A stretch of 64,000 nt of DNA from Firmicutes bacterium CAG:194. Lineage in GTDB: Archaea > Thermoplasmatota > Thermoplasmata > Methanomassiliicoccales > Methanomethylophilaceae. The position numbers were made by a program, and so were the translations under genes. The notes below the pieces were generated by a model. That model saw only the letters and a list, made by a program, of their open reading frames with translations, had not been told where the DNA came from and ran no database searches. Numbering within the stretch: position 1 is the first letter of the stretch; every line of letters begins with the position of its first letter. The DNA lies in assembly GCA_963605395.1 (NCBI GenBank), contig CAVCVB010000002.1, forward strand, positions 7,381 to 71,380. The letters are read 5' to 3'. Shown here piece after piece: positions 51,249-61,911 of the stretch.

Positions 51249-52778
51249 TCACTCGGTTCCGCCATCCGCCCCGTCACGGCGCAGGGCGCTGTGCTCCGGT
51301 GCGGGGATCCTCCCCACCCTCTTCTGCGGCAGGACGTCCACAGTCACGCGGTAATGGTCGCCCGTGATGGCCTCCAGCGCGCCTTCGAGCACCGATGTGA
51401 TGTACAGCCCTATGTATTCGGCGAAGTTCTCCCTGCTCGTCTCTATCGCCAGCTCGATGTGCACCGGGATGTATGAGATCAGCTTCAGGTCGGCCCCGTC
51501 GTTCTGGTAATTGCGGCAGAGCCTCTCCAGGAACCGCTGGGCGCCCAGGCCAGGATGGGCCGCGGCGAGCCTCCTGCCCACTTCCGCCCCGACGTTGCCG
51601 AAGAAGGAGCCGGCGCCTATGCCGAAGCTCTCGGCCACCCAGAGCATGTAGCGGTAGACGAACCCGCGGAACTCCAATGGGCCCAGGTTGTCCATGTCCA
51701 GAGCCGGGGGCGCATCGGCCGGTGTCGACGCGGCGCGGATGAGGATGTGCCCGCAGAAACGGTACACGACGCCCTTGGCCGTGACGTCCTTCTCCACCAT
51801 GCCGATCTGCTCCAGCTTGACAAGGACGGAGTGCACCGTGATGTGAGGTATCCTGGACGCGTTGGATATCTCCATCGGAGAGGTGCAGCCCCCGAACAGT
51901 GCGCCGATGACGGCCATCATGCTCTGGTTGGTGATCATGTAATGGAGCCCTTGGTCGGTGTGCAGCACCATGAACGGGTCGTCTATCCTGTAGAAGCCCT
52001 TGTCGCGGCTGCAGTAGTCCGGTGCATGTTTGTACACCGATTCGGCATATCTGCGGGACTCGAAGAGCACGCCGTTCCCATCGGCATCCAGCTCCATCGA
52101 GTAGTTGGCTGAAGGGACCACCCCGTCGCGGGTGCTCAGCACGGAGATCGAGAATCCCATCAGGAGCTCCCTCGTGAGGAGCACAGCGGCTATGTTCCCG
52201 CCATGGGCGCGGACACGGATCCCGTCACGGCCATGGTCTATCCGAATGTCCGAACCCGTGTCGATGAAATCCTGCACGAACCTGGACAGGGCCTCGTCAG
52301 TGATGTTCGGATAGCGCTTGTACATCGACAGGCCCACGGCGACGCCGACCTCCAGCATAATCCTGCTTATGCTCACGCCATAGGACTTCATCTCGGCCAT
52401 GGTCATGAGGATGGACTCGTAGATCGGCATTACCTTGGACCCGCGGGAGGACTGGATGAGCCCGTCGATGCGGCCGCGCGCGTGGTCGTCCGGCTCGATG
52501 CATCTGACGACTTCTATGGCGCACAATGTGAATATCGTCTGGCGGGCATCGGCGGCGCTCTTGCGCATGGTCACGATGCCCATCTCGCAGAGCCTGTTGA
52601 GGCCCGACCTCACCGTGGACCTCGATGTCTCCAGCTTCTCGGACAGCTCTGCCGTGGTCATCTCGGCGTCGCCGAGAGCCTCGGCGATCTCCACGAGCTT
52701 CGGGTTGACCAGGGCTTTCAAGCCCTGAGTGGGGGTGACGAAGACCGCGAATACGTCGCTGTACTCGAGCTCTGCCAA
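51249..52778 (-). CDS. regulator with tandem (wHTH + V4R-like) modules
   Basis: two HTH motifs (TTAELSEKL..SRSTVRSGLNRL; SPMEISNAS.IPHITVHSVLVKL), each followed by a ..EVG...G / LEGALEAITG V4R-like segment. Confidence 0.75.
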   Translation of the reverse strand: MAELEYSDVFAVFVTPTQGLKALVNPKLVEIAEALGDAEMTTAELSEKLETSRSTVRSGLNRLCEMGIVTMRKSAADARQTIFTLCAIEVVRCIEPDDHARGRIDGLIQSSRGSKVMPIYESILMTMAEMKSYGVSISRIMLEVGVAVGLSMYKRYPNITDEALSRFVQDFIDTGSDIRIDHGRDGIRVRAHGGNIAAVLLTRELLMGFSISVLSTRDGVVPSANYSMELDADGNGVLFESRRYAESVYKHAPDYCSRDKGFYRIDDPFMVLHTDQGLHYMITNQSMMAVIGALFGGCTSPMEISNASRIPHITVHSVLVKLEQIGMVEKDVTAKGVVYRFCGHILIRAASTPADAPPALDMDNLGPLEFRGFVYRYMLWVAESFGIGAGSFFGNVGAEVGRRLAAAHPGLGAQRFLERLCRNYQNDGADLKLISYIPVHIELAIETSRENFAEYIGLYITSVLEGALEAITGDHYRVTVDVLPQKRVGRIPAPEHSALRRDGADGGTE

Positions 52779-52782
52779 TGGA

Positions 52783-53586
52783 TCAGGCCCGCCCGAACAT
52801 GTCCCTGAAGACCACGGCGTCCTCTTCTATCAGAGGCGACTCGCAGATGAAGGTGCAGTCCTGCTTGGAATCCGAAAGGACGTTGGCCAGCATCTGCATG
52901 TCGGGGTCCTTCTCGGACAGCGGAAGATGGGAGATCTCCCCCTTCTCGCCGTACTTGATGCAGCTGATGTGGAAGTGCGCCACATCCCCTGCAAGCGAGA
53001 AGAACTGGTCCGTGAGCGAGCGCATGTCGGACTCGGTCTTGAGACATCCCCTTCCGCGGGCGTGCACGTGCGCGACATCCAGCACCGGGCGGACGCCGTC
53101 CACGGAGTCCATGACCTTCCCGATCTCGTCGAGGGTCCCGAACTGCCCCAGCTTCCCCATGGTCTCCACACCGAGGGTGACGTCCCTGATCCCCTCGTCG
53201 TCCAGCATGTCCTTGCATTTCGACAATCCGTCGATGACCGACGGCAGCGCGGTCTCGGGGGACTTCCCGTAGGCGGCCGCGTGGATGACAATGATGTACG
53301 CTCCCAGCTCGTGGGCGGCGCGGGCGGTGTCCATGACCCATCCGATGCTCTTCTGGCGTGTCTCGTCGCTCTCCGAGTTGAAGCTTATGAAGTACGGCGC
53401 ATGGCAGCTGAGCCTGATGTCGAGGGACTTGGCCTTCTCGCCGATCTCGCGGGCACGCTCCGGCTTGATCCTGGCGCCGCGGACGAACTCGACCTCCAGG
53501 GCGTCCAGCCCGATGGAGCGCGTGTACTCCAGGGCCCCTTCGGGGTTCTTTCCTGCCTTCGGATAGCCTGCTGGTCCGAATCTCAT
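52783..53586 (-). CDS. nfo: endonuclease IV (AP endonuclease, TIM barrel)
   Basis: RFGPAG, SCHAPYFI, VIHAA, GVETMGK..QFG, LDVAHVHAR, FHIS, GEISH, ICESP. Confidence 0.88.
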   Translation of the reverse strand: MRFGPAGYPKAGKNPEGALEYTRSIGLDALEVEFVRGARIKPERAREIGEKAKSLDIRLSCHAPYFISFNSESDETRQKSIGWVMDTARAAHELGAYIIVIHAAAYGKSPETALPSVIDGLSKCKDMLDDEGIRDVTLGVETMGKLGQFGTLDEIGKVMDSVDGVRPVLDVAHVHARGRGCLKTESDMRSLTDQFFSLAGDVAHFHISCIKYGEKGEISHLPLSEKDPDMQMLANVLSDSKQDCTFICESPLIEEDAVVFRDMFGRA

Positions 53587-53641
53587 GGTGGGTGAACGGC
53601 CAATCGATAAGATAAAAGTAATCTCGGACGATTGACGGGGC

Positions 53642-54445
53642 ATGTTCGTGAGGATGGATGTGTCCCTGGACCCGACCCTCGGGTGCGGCCAGGCCCACCG
53701 CTGGAGGAAGCAGGACGGAGCATGGACCGGCGTGCTGGGCCATGAGGTGGTCAGGCTGGTCCAGGAGGACGGGGGCTTCGAAGCGCAGGGATGCTCGTCC
53801 GAGTCCCGTCTGAAGCGCTACTTCAGGTCCGAGGACGACCTGGACGTCATCATACGCGAGATATCAGCCAGGGACCCTTACGTCGCATCCCTTTCTCAGC
53901 ACTGCCCCGGCCTGAGGATCCTGGAGCAGGACAGATGGGAATGCCTCGCCACTTACCTTTTAGCCACCAACGCCAACGTGGCCCGCATCGGGAAGATGGT
54001 GGAATCGGTCTGCGACCTATTCGGCGACGACCTGGGCGAGCGCAGGTCGTTCCCTTCTCCGAAGCAGATCCTGGACCGCTGCGACGAGATATACACGTGC
54101 AGGCTCGGGTTCAGGGAGGGGCGCTTCGTGGAGCTGGCGAGGCGCGTGGAGGACGGCGAGATCGACCCGGACGGGCTGGCCGAGCTGGACTACGCAGAAT
54201 GCGCAGAGGCCCTCCAGGAGATCAAGGGCGTGGGCCCGAAGGTGGCCGACTGCGTCGCGCTGTTCGCCTACGGGCACCTGGAATCGTTCCCTGTGGATGT
54301 GCGCATATCGAAGGAGATGGAGCGCATGTACGGCGTGACCGGTTCGTACTCCAAGGTCTCGTCATACGGGCGGGAGAAGTTCGGCCCCTATGCGGGCTAT
54401 GCGCAGGAGCTCCTGTACCACAGCCCGTTCATCGACAAGGGATGA
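53642..54445 (+). CDS. 8-oxoguanine DNA glycosylase (Ogg1-type)
   Basis: TLGCGQAHRW, GLRILEQD.WECL, HhH IKGVGPKVADC, FPVDV, AGYAQE.LY. Confidence 0.92.
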   Translation: MFVRMDVSLDPTLGCGQAHRWRKQDGAWTGVLGHEVVRLVQEDGGFEAQGCSSESRLKRYFRSEDDLDVIIREISARDPYVASLSQHCPGLRILEQDRWECLATYLLATNANVARIGKMVESVCDLFGDDLGERRSFPSPKQILDRCDEIYTCRLGFREGRFVELARRVEDGEIDPDGLAELDYAECAEALQEIKGVGPKVADCVALFAYGHLESFPVDVRISKEMERMYGVTGSYSKVSSYGREKFGPYAGYAQELLYHSPFIDKG

Positions 54446-54808
54446 TCAGCAGCACTGTGAGGGGAGCACCCCGGTCTGGTTCTTGTAGATGACCGCCAGC
54501 AGCCCGGATGCCTTCACGTGGCAGCAGAGGCGGCACATCTCGGAGTAGAAATCGCTCCTGTGGGTGGAGATGGACTCCGCGGACCTGCGGACCTCGGCGA
54601 GGAAGTCCTCGTAGAGGGGCAGCTCCTCGACCTCCGGCATGGACCCGCGCTTCTTCTTGAGGTACTGCGATATGGCGGCGTCCGTGACGCCGAACATCCT
54701 GGCCACCTCGGCCTGGGTCATGCCGTGGGCTTGCACGAGCTCGCGGGAGAGCTCCCTGCGAATCATAGGGAGAACATACCAGACCACGATCTCGCAGGGT
54801 ATCTTCAT
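54446..54808 (-). CDS. archaeal HTH transcriptional regulator with Cys-rich tail
   Basis: PCEIVVWYVLP.IR, MTQAEVA..FGVTDAAISQYL.KKRG, C..C. Confidence 0.88.
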   Translation of the reverse strand: MKIPCEIVVWYVLPMIRRELSRELVQAHGMTQAEVARMFGVTDAAISQYLKKKRGSMPEVEELPLYEDFLAEVRRSAESISTHRSDFYSEMCRLCCHVKASGLLAVIYKNQTGVLPSQCC

Positions 54809-54874
54809 ACCGCTGATGATGGGATTCAGCTATTTAACGGCGTTGTTGTCCCCGGAAACCGCAGGAAAACGGCA

Positions 54875-57800
54875 TCATGCGCCCAGGTTCACCTTGGTGT
54901 AGAACTCGGAGACGTCCCAATCGTCGTCGTCCTGCTGGCGCTTGCTCTCCAGCCTGACCCCCACGGACTGCGCTGCCTCCTTCAGGATCCTGGCGGCGCG
55001 GTCGCTCCCCTGGAAGTCCTCCACCTTGGCTCCGGTGGCGCAGACCTTCCCCTTGAACCATCCCGCGATGGTCGTGTTGGTGAACACGACGGAGTTCGAC
55101 CCCGCTCCCGTGGCGTCCTTGATCATATGCCTCAGGTAGATGTGGAGGTTGTCCTGGGAGTTGAGCACGAAATTGCCCAGGAAACGGGGCATCTTGGTGC
55201 CCACGTCCTCCGCCAGCATCCATCTGAGCGTCGGGTCGTCCCTCACGAAGAACCCTTTCTTGACGTACCCCTCGTCCTCCAGCTCCCTCAGCACGCCCCT
55301 GGCGACGGACATCCTGCCCTCGATGAACTGGGAGAAGTCCTCTGCGGAGAACATCCCGAAGTCCCTGAAGTGGCGGCGGGCGATCTCCAGCAGGGCATCG
55401 TCCCTGCTCATGCCGTTGTCCGGGACCAGGCTGTAGCAGGACTCCCCGTCCAGGTAGATCGCGGAGTTGTGCATCAGCTCCGACAGGAGCTCGTTGGTCC
55501 TCTCCGGAGAATAGGGGGAATCGGCCAGCAGGCTCTTCTTGGTCACCGGCTGCTTCTTGGCGATCAGCTTGCACATGTCCTTCGCGTCGCCCACGGGGAC
55601 GTAGCCCTTCTCGGCCTTGTACAGGGGGGCGTTCCTCCTGTCCGTGTACCCGATGTAGGACGGGGACAGGCTCATCTTCACCAGGTCGCCGGCGTCCATC
55701 CTGCTCTTCATGGTGGTCTTCTCGGCCACGCGGGTCATTATCTCCTGGTCTCCGCGGATGTATCCTCTGGCGTCCAAGGCGTCGGAGAGCTTGGCGTAGC
55801 GCATGGGGCCCACGTGCTGCTTGGAGAACACGTAGCTCACCGCCTCCTGCTCGGACATGGTCCATGGGTCGAAGCGGCCGCAGGCGTAGAACCCGTTGAG
55901 ATGGTGGTACCCGTGGGACTCCAGCACCTTCCTGACATCGTCCTCCAGCTTCTCCGTGTCGGTGTTCATGACCTCGCGGATGCGGACTATGTCGATGCCC
56001 TTCATCCTGTAGAAGCCCATCATCGCGTCGATCGCGTCCAGGGCCTCGGGCAGGAGGTCGATGGAGTCCATGTCCATCATGCGGATCTCGATGCATCCGG
56101 ACATCTCCCACATCTCCAGCGCTCCGACTATGCAGTTGCCCCTTGCCAGGGGATAGATCCACCTGTCGCCGTAGCGCGACGAGATCTCGGCCCATTTCGA
56201 GCCTATGTCCGGGTCCGTCAGGGACAGCACCCTGATCGGGAATATCCTCTCGGGGACGCTCTCCAGCGCGGGGACCTCGTCCTTCATGACCAGCATCGGG
56301 ACCTGCCCCTCTCCGACGGTGACGGTGGTGGCGCCGATCTCCTCGGCCTTGGCCTCCACCTCGTCCATGGGGACGTCGACGATGAACCTCATGGCGCTGG
56401 ACGGCACCGGGCCGTAGCCGCGGACCGCCTTCCTGACGAGCTCCGTCACCGGGTCGCCCTTGGGCGGCGAGGCGCGGAACACGCTGTACGTGTTCTCGGT
56501 CCCCCAGTCCTCCCTCTCGTCGAAGCTGCGGACTATCTCCAGGGAGCGGTCCAGGCGCATCAGGGCCTGCTTCATGTCCTCCTTGTCCATGCCCGTCTCC
56601 GCCACCAGCTGGCGGAGGGTGGCGGAGCCCATGGCGTCGATCATCGCCAGGACCTTCTCGTCCCCCGGCACGGTCTCCACCCTGCGGAGGGTGGCGTAGC
56701 GGTCGGCGTCGTCCCTCAGGACGAACCTGACCTTCCCTCTGACGAACCTCCCCAGCTGGATCTCGCCGGACGCCCTCATGGCGTACCACCTGTCCAGGGA
56801 GAAGCCCTTGACCCTCTGGTACACGTCCAGCTCGTTGCCTGCGGAGCCGTAGAAGGCGAAGAAGTCCTCTATGGTATCGAAAGACTCCCCCTTGGTGAGC
56901 CTGTAGCGCTCCACGGTCTCGTAATCGTAGACGTTGTCCCTTCCGGCGCGGAGGCGCATGTGGTCCAGCCTGAGCATGTACTGGTCGTCCTCCGAGATCA
57001 GGAACCTGCCGCGGGAGACGTCCTCCGACGCGACGAGCGATTCCAGCGAGGTCCTCGCGTCCTCGTCGCTCAGCGACAGGGAGAACGCCACCTCCTGCAC
57101 AGTGGCCGGCGCGAAGCACTCCAGGAAGCGGAGGACGATCATGTCGATGGACCTCCTCCTGTCCTCCGGAGGGTACTCGGCCTTGGAGAACGACCACCTG
57201 TTGCGGCCGTCGATGCCCGTGCGGGCCACCAGGTACATGGACTCCAGCTTGCGTATGGCCCTGAACGCCACATCGTCGCTGATCTCCAGCTTCTCGACCA
57301 CCTCGCTCTGGGGCGTGTCGACGCCTATCGCGTCCAGCACCTGCTGCTCGATGTCGTTGAGCGTCCTCTCGCGGCGGGTGGCCGCGGCGTAGAACGGGAT
57401 CTGGTCCGAGACCATCACATGGGGCTCGTCCAGGAACACGGACCCGATGGCGCCTTCCTGGAACAGCTCCCTGAGCCATCCGTCGACGGTCTTCCTGTCC
57501 TCGTCCGTGTACGCGTAGATGTTCCTTCCCCTCTCGCGGAACGCCTGGAGGGGGCCGGTGAGCATCAGCAGCTTGGGGATGTCCTCCTTGGACTGCACCC
57601 TGACCGGCTTCTGCGCGAAGTACGGGACTATCTGGTCCTCGGTGAACTCGAACTCGCTGACGGAGTCTCCCAGCGCCCTGTAGAGGACCTTCCTGTGGAG
57701 CTCCCTGAGCAGGGCGGACCTGTCCTCCATGAGGACTATGTCCGAGAACCCGGAGAGGATGGCCGAATGCGCAAAGGGCGAAGGGGTGCCCGTGAAATGG

Positions 57801-60238
57801 ATGAGCCTTATGGACATGGCTCCGGAATCGATCATGTCCAGGACCTGCCTGGCGTTCTTCAGGTCCATGTCGTCCTCCATGACCTCGCGGTAGGTCTCCT
57901 CGATCACCGGGACCCCGTCCATGCCGCCCAGGGTCTCCAGGAGGTACGTGGAGCGCACCTGCTGCCTGTTGACCGATATCGGACGGCCCATGTAGTTCCT
58001 GAGGATCATGAAGCTGCGGGCGGCGGTGTGCCTGAACCTGAGCTTGAATATCTCGGAGTCCTTGAGGGACTTCCTGAGTATGGCCTCCAGCTCGCCGCTC
58101 TTTATCAGGCCGGGGATCAGGCTCAGGTCGAACTTCCTGGGGCATCCGAGCATGAAGCTGTCGTCGGAGATCGTGACGGACACGTTGGCCCCCATGATCC
58201 CGGTCATGCGGTAGGCGTAGGCCCTCGACAGGGCGTCGTTGACCCTGCGCCCGAATGGGAAGTGGAAGACGAGCTTCTGGTTGTTGGACGGATCGATGTA
58301 CTCCTCCACCGCCAGCTGCTTGTCGTCTGGGATGAAGCCGGACACGGCGTTCTGCTCCCTGAAATAGGACAGCATGCTCCTTGCGGACCCCTCATCGACG
58401 TCGAAATCGTCGACCAGGTCCTTGATGGCCTTGGAATCGGGGTCCTCGATGCGCGTCTCCATCTCGCCCCTGAAGCGGGCGATGTCCATGGACAGGTCGA
58501 AGCTCCTCGGCAGCATCTCCCCGGCCCATGACGGAACGGTGGGCTTCCTGCCGTTGGCCTCCTTCACGTATGCGGTCATGCCCTTGGAGCGGACGAACTC
58601 GAAGGACCTCCCTCCCAGGACGAACACGTCGCGCGGCGAGAGCCTCTCCACGAACTTCTCGGAGAGCTCTCCGGCGACGGTGCCGTGGTTGGTTATGACG
58701 CGGTAGTTGGCCTCCTCAGGGATCGTCCCCAGGTTCATGAAGTAGATCATCCTGGAGCCTTTCTTCTTCCCGAACTGGGCGGCCTCCTGGTCGTACCATA
58801 TCTTGGAGTACACGCCTTCGAAGTCGTCCTTGCTGCCCAGGTACTTCAGGACGTTCATGAACGACTCCATGGGGAGGTTGCGGTAGCAGTAGGACCCTTT
58901 CACAAGATCGTAAGCGGCCTGCACGTCCCAGCGCTCGTCCAGGCTCATGCCCACGACGGTCTGCGACAGCACGTCCAGGCAGTCCTCGGGGATGCCGACG
59001 CGGTCGATGTCCCCTCTATGGGCGGCCCTGCACATGACTGCGCACTCCACCAGGTCGTCCGGGTCGAACACGAGGAGGCGGCCCTTGGCCACCTTGCCGA
59101 AGCTGTGCCCGCTGCGGCCGATCCTCTGCAGGCCCTTGGCCACCGATTTCGGCGATCCGATCTGGCAGACCAGGTCGACGGACCCGATGTCTATCCCCAG
59201 CTCCAGGGACGTCGAGGACACGACGCACTTGATCTCCCCTCTCTTGAGCCTCTCCTCCACGTCCAGGCGGATCTCCTTGCCCAGGGAGCTGTGGTGGACC
59301 TCCACGTTCTCCAGGCCCCTCTCCTTCAGCTTGTAGACGACGCTCTCGGCACCGGAACGGGTGTTCGTGAACACCAATGTGGTGTCGTGCTGGTCGATCA
59401 GCTCCTTCAGCGTGTCGTACATCATCGAGTTGACGATGTCCGAGGACAGGGTGGTCATGTCCTCGGTCGGACAGATGACCTTCAGGTCCAGCTTCTTCTT
59501 GGAGCCCGATTCGATGAGGGCCACGTCGCGCAGCGACCCGTCGGGGTTGCATCCCACCAGGTACCCGGCTATCGCATCGATGGGCGCCAGCGTTGCGGAC
59601 AGTCCGATCCTGACGAAATCGTTCTTGCAGTAGTTCCTCAGGCGCTCCAGGGTCAGGGACAGGAAAGCCCCCCTCTTGGAGTCGCAGATGTCGTGGATCT
59701 CGTCGAGGATGACCCATTCGACCTTCTCGAAAGCCTCCCTGAACTTGGGTGCGGACAGTATGAGCGCCAGGCTCTCGGGAGTGGTGATCAGGATATGGGG
59801 AGGATGGCGGACCATCTTCTGCCTCTCGTTCTGGGGGGTGTCCCCGGAACGGACGGCCACGCGGATGTCCGGGATGTCCATGCCATGGGCGGCGGCGACC
59901 TCCCTCATCTCGGCCAGAGGCGTGTTCAGGTTGCGGTTCACGTCGTTGGCCAGCGCCTTCAGCGGCGAGACGTAGATGCAGTAGACCCTCTCCTCCAGGG
60001 TGCCCTCGCGGGAGTAGCGGGTGAGCTCGTTGATGATGCTGGTGAATGCGGTGAGCGTCTTCCCGGACCCGGTCGGAGAAGATACCAGGACGTTGCGGCG
60101 CTGGTGGATGACGGGGATCGCCTTCGCCTGGGGGATCGTCAGATCGTCGAACCTCTCGTTGAACCAAGTCGAGATGAGAGGCTCCATGAGGCCCATGACC
60201 TCATCTTTCGTGTATGTCCTGTCCACCTTCTCCAGCAT
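54875..60238 (-). CDS. lhr: large Lhr helicase (about 1787 aa): Lhr core plus long C-terminal wHTH/HTH_42-like extension
   Basis: SPTGSGKT, DEIH, LSAT, TSLELGIDIG, QRIGRSGH, GTIPEE, PSWAGE, PSPFA; about 900-aa tail with LRFLECFAPAT, VRGYGP, LSLTDP. Confidence 0.93.
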   Translation of the reverse strand: MLEKVDRTYTKDEVMGLMEPLISTWFNERFDDLTIPQAKAIPVIHQRRNVLVSSPTGSGKTLTAFTSIINELTRYSREGTLEERVYCIYVSPLKALANDVNRNLNTPLAEMREVAAAHGMDIPDIRVAVRSGDTPQNERQKMVRHPPHILITTPESLALILSAPKFREAFEKVEWVILDEIHDICDSKRGAFLSLTLERLRNYCKNDFVRIGLSATLAPIDAIAGYLVGCNPDGSLRDVALIESGSKKKLDLKVICPTEDMTTLSSDIVNSMMYDTLKELIDQHDTTLVFTNTRSGAESVVYKLKERGLENVEVHHSSLGKEIRLDVEERLKRGEIKCVVSSTSLELGIDIGSVDLVCQIGSPKSVAKGLQRIGRSGHSFGKVAKGRLLVFDPDDLVECAVMCRAAHRGDIDRVGIPEDCLDVLSQTVVGMSLDERWDVQAAYDLVKGSYCYRNLPMESFMNVLKYLGSKDDFEGVYSKIWYDQEAAQFGKKKGSRMIYFMNLGTIPEEANYRVITNHGTVAGELSEKFVERLSPRDVFVLGGRSFEFVRSKGMTAYVKEANGRKPTVPSWAGEMLPRSFDLSMDIARFRGEMETRIEDPDSKAIKDLVDDFDVDEGSARSMLSYFREQNAVSGFIPDDKQLAVEEYIDPSNNQKLVFHFPFGRRVNDALSRAYAYRMTGIMGANVSVTISDDSFMLGCPRKFDLSLIPGLIKSGELEAILRKSLKDSEIFKLRFRHTAARSFMILRNYMGRPISVNRQQVRSTYLLETLGGMDGVPVIEETYREVMEDDMDLKNARQVLDMIDSGAMSIRLIHFTGTPSPFAHSAILSGFSDIVLMEDRSALLRELHRKVLYRALGDSVSEFEFTEDQIVPYFAQKPVRVQSKEDIPKLLMLTGPLQAFRERGRNIYAYTDEDRKTVDGWLRELFQEGAIGSVFLDEPHVMVSDQIPFYAAATRRERTLNDIEQQVLDAIGVDTPQSEVVEKLEISDDVAFRAIRKLESMYLVARTGIDGRNRWSFSKAEYPPEDRRRSIDMIVLRFLECFAPATVQEVAFSLSLSDEDARTSLESLVASEDVSRGRFLISEDDQYMLRLDHMRLRAGRDNVYDYETVERYRLTKGESFDTIEDFFAFYGSAGNELDVYQRVKGFSLDRWYAMRASGEIQLGRFVRGKVRFVLRDDADRYATLRRVETVPGDEKVLAMIDAMGSATLRQLVAETGMDKEDMKQALMRLDRSLEIVRSFDEREDWGTENTYSVFRASPPKGDPVTELVRKAVRGYGPVPSSAMRFIVDVPMDEVEAKAEEIGATTVTVGEGQVPMLVMKDEVPALESVPERIFPIRVLSLTDPDIGSKWAEISSRYGDRWIYPLARGNCIVGALEMWEMSGCIEIRMMDMDSIDLLPEALDAIDAMMGFYRMKGIDIVRIREVMNTDTEKLEDDVRKVLESHGYHHLNGFYACGRFDPWTMSEQEAVSYVFSKQHVGPMRYAKLSDALDARGYIRGDQEIMTRVAEKTTMKSRMDAGDLVKMSLSPSYIGYTDRRNAPLYKAEKGYVPVGDAKDMCKLIAKKQPVTKKSLLADSPYSPERTNELLSELMHNSAIYLDGESCYSLVPDNGMSRDDALLEIARRHFRDFGMFSAEDFSQFIEGRMSVARGVLRELEDEGYVKKGFFVRDDPTLRWMLAEDVGTKMPRFLGNFVLNSQDNLHIYLRHMIKDATGAGSNSVVFTNTTIAGWFKGKVCATGAKVEDFQGSDRAARILKEAAQSVGVRLESKRQQDDDDWDVSEFYTKVNLGA

Positions 60239-60317
60239 CGTGACACCAATCGGTGGACCCATGTTTGATACTAATTTAAACCATTGCATCGGGCGCCCTT
60301 CGCGCCCAAGGTAAAAG

Positions 60318-60343
60318 GGGGCCCGCCGGCTCGGGCGGGCCCC
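60318..60343 (-). terminator. hairpin plus T-tract after the glutamate synthase-like gene
   Basis: ggggcccgcc-ggctcg-ggcgggcccc with adjacent aaaa (T-run on the minus strand). Confidence 0.6.
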
Positions 60344-60349
60344 GCGGGT

Positions 60350-61762
60350 TCATGCGTGCCTGATGCCCGTGGCGGCGGATATCTCGGAATCCGTGGTGCA
60401 CAGGTCGTCTGTGCTCAGCTCGTGGATGTCCCTGTGCCCGGACGCCCTCGCGAACGCCGCGAGCTGCGCCGCCAGCGCGTTCAGGAAGTTGGCCACGCGC
60501 TTCGCGCCGGCCTCCTGGTCCAGACGGGACTCCAGCTCGGGGTCCTGCGTGGCGATGCCCATGGGGCACTTGCCGGAATCGCATGCCCTGTACCTCTGGC
60601 AGCCCAGGGCCATCAGGGCCGCCGATGCTATCGCGACGGCGTCAGCGCCCATGGCGATCGCCTTCACGATGTCCCCTCCGGTGCGGAAGCCTCCGGTCAT
60701 CACGAGCTCCTGCTCCATGCCGTGCTCGTCCATGTACCTCCTGGCCCTGGCCAGCGCATACACCGTCGGGACGGAGCTGTTGTCCTTCAGGAACTTGGGG
60801 GAGGAGCCGGTGGCGCCTCCGCGCCCGTCGATCGTGATGAAGTCGCATCCGGAGCGGGATATGAACTCCAGGTCCTCCTCGATGCGCCCTGCCGCGATTT
60901 TCACGCCTATGGGCTTCCCGCCGGTCCTGGAACGGAGCGTGTCGACGGTCCTCTTCAGGTCCTCGGGGGTGTCGATCCCCGGGAAGGCGGCAGGGCTCTG
61001 GATGTCCTGCCCGGGCCTCCTGCCCCTCATGACGGCTATTATGTCGGTGACCTTGGCGCCGGGAAGATGGCCTCCCATGCCGGGCTTGGTGCCCTGGCCG
61101 ATCTTTATCTCCACGGCATCGCAGGCCTCGAACGTCATCAGGTCGGCGCTGTACCCGTTCGGGACGTATTCGAATATGTAGCGGTACGAGGCGTTCATCT
61201 CGTCGCTGAGCGCCCCTCCCTCTCCGCTGCACATGGCGGTCTTGGCCATGGCGCTGCCCTTGGCGAGCGCGATCTTCGCTCTGCCCGACAGCGCGCCGAA
61301 GCTCATGTGCGAGATGTACACGGGCATCTCCAGGACCATGGGCTTCTCCGCGTTCTTCCCTATGACGGTGCGGAGGCAGACGTCCTCGGAGCCCTCCAAC
61401 GGCTTCCTGGCAAGCTGCGCTCCGAGGAACAGTATGTCCCTGAACCCCGGGACGGGGAGAAGCGTCTCCATAGGCTCCCCCGGGTTCCTGCCGGTGTAGG
61501 ACATCTCGCGGATCTCGTCCATCGGGCCGTTGTCGTGCCTGATGAAACGGGGATCTATGGAGACGTCTTCCTCTCCGGCTTCCTCTTCCACCGGTTCGGG
61601 AGCCGCTGCGGGAGCGGGCTCATCCTCCTCCCACAGGTAGAACTCGCCTTTGGGCGAACCGCACATGGGGCACACCCAGTCGTCCGGAAGGTCCTCGAAC
61701 CTCACGCCCTCGGTCTCTTCATCGTATATCTCGCCGCAGATTCCGCATCTGTACTTGGCCAT
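60350..61762 (-). CDS. rubredoxin-fused glutamate synthase FMN-binding domain protein
   Basis: CGICG...[14 protein letters not shown] rubredoxin; [37 protein letters not shown]...[14 protein letters not shown]. Confidence 0.92.
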   Translation of the reverse strand: MAKYRCGICGEIYDEETEGVRFEDLPDDWVCPMCGSPKGEFYLWEEDEPAPAAAPEPVEEEAGEEDVSIDPRFIRHDNGPMDEIREMSYTGRNPGEPMETLLPVPGFRDILFLGAQLARKPLEGSEDVCLRTVIGKNAEKPMVLEMPVYISHMSFGALSGRAKIALAKGSAMAKTAMCSGEGGALSDEMNASYRYIFEYVPNGYSADLMTFEACDAVEIKIGQGTKPGMGGHLPGAKVTDIIAVMRGRRPGQDIQSPAAFPGIDTPEDLKRTVDTLRSRTGGKPIGVKIAAGRIEEDLEFISRSGCDFITIDGRGGATGSSPKFLKDNSSVPTVYALARARRYMDEHGMEQELVMTGGFRTGGDIVKAIAMGADAVAIASAALMALGCQRYRACDSGKCPMGIATQDPELESRLDQEAGAKRVANFLNALAAQLAAFARASGHRDIHELSTDDLCTTDSEISAATGIRHA

Positions 61763-61911
61763 GGGATGCGGACCCCGGTGGGAGGTATATAATGGGCTAT
61801 AGGAACGGACGGAATGTTAAGGGCCGAATAGCCTCCGGCGCCTGGAGATCCTTCGCCTTCCGCCGACCGACTCCCCGAAATCATAAAAACCGCGATGGGA
61901 GATGCACGAGC

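Noticed and set aside
54518..58531. 1337-aa plus-strand ORF and other long antisense or alternate-frame ORFs (e.g. 23443..25539, 45906..47906, 1149..2630)
   Set aside because: Shadow frames of high-GC3 genes (Lhr, gyrB, elp3) with no recognisable motifs and biased composition.
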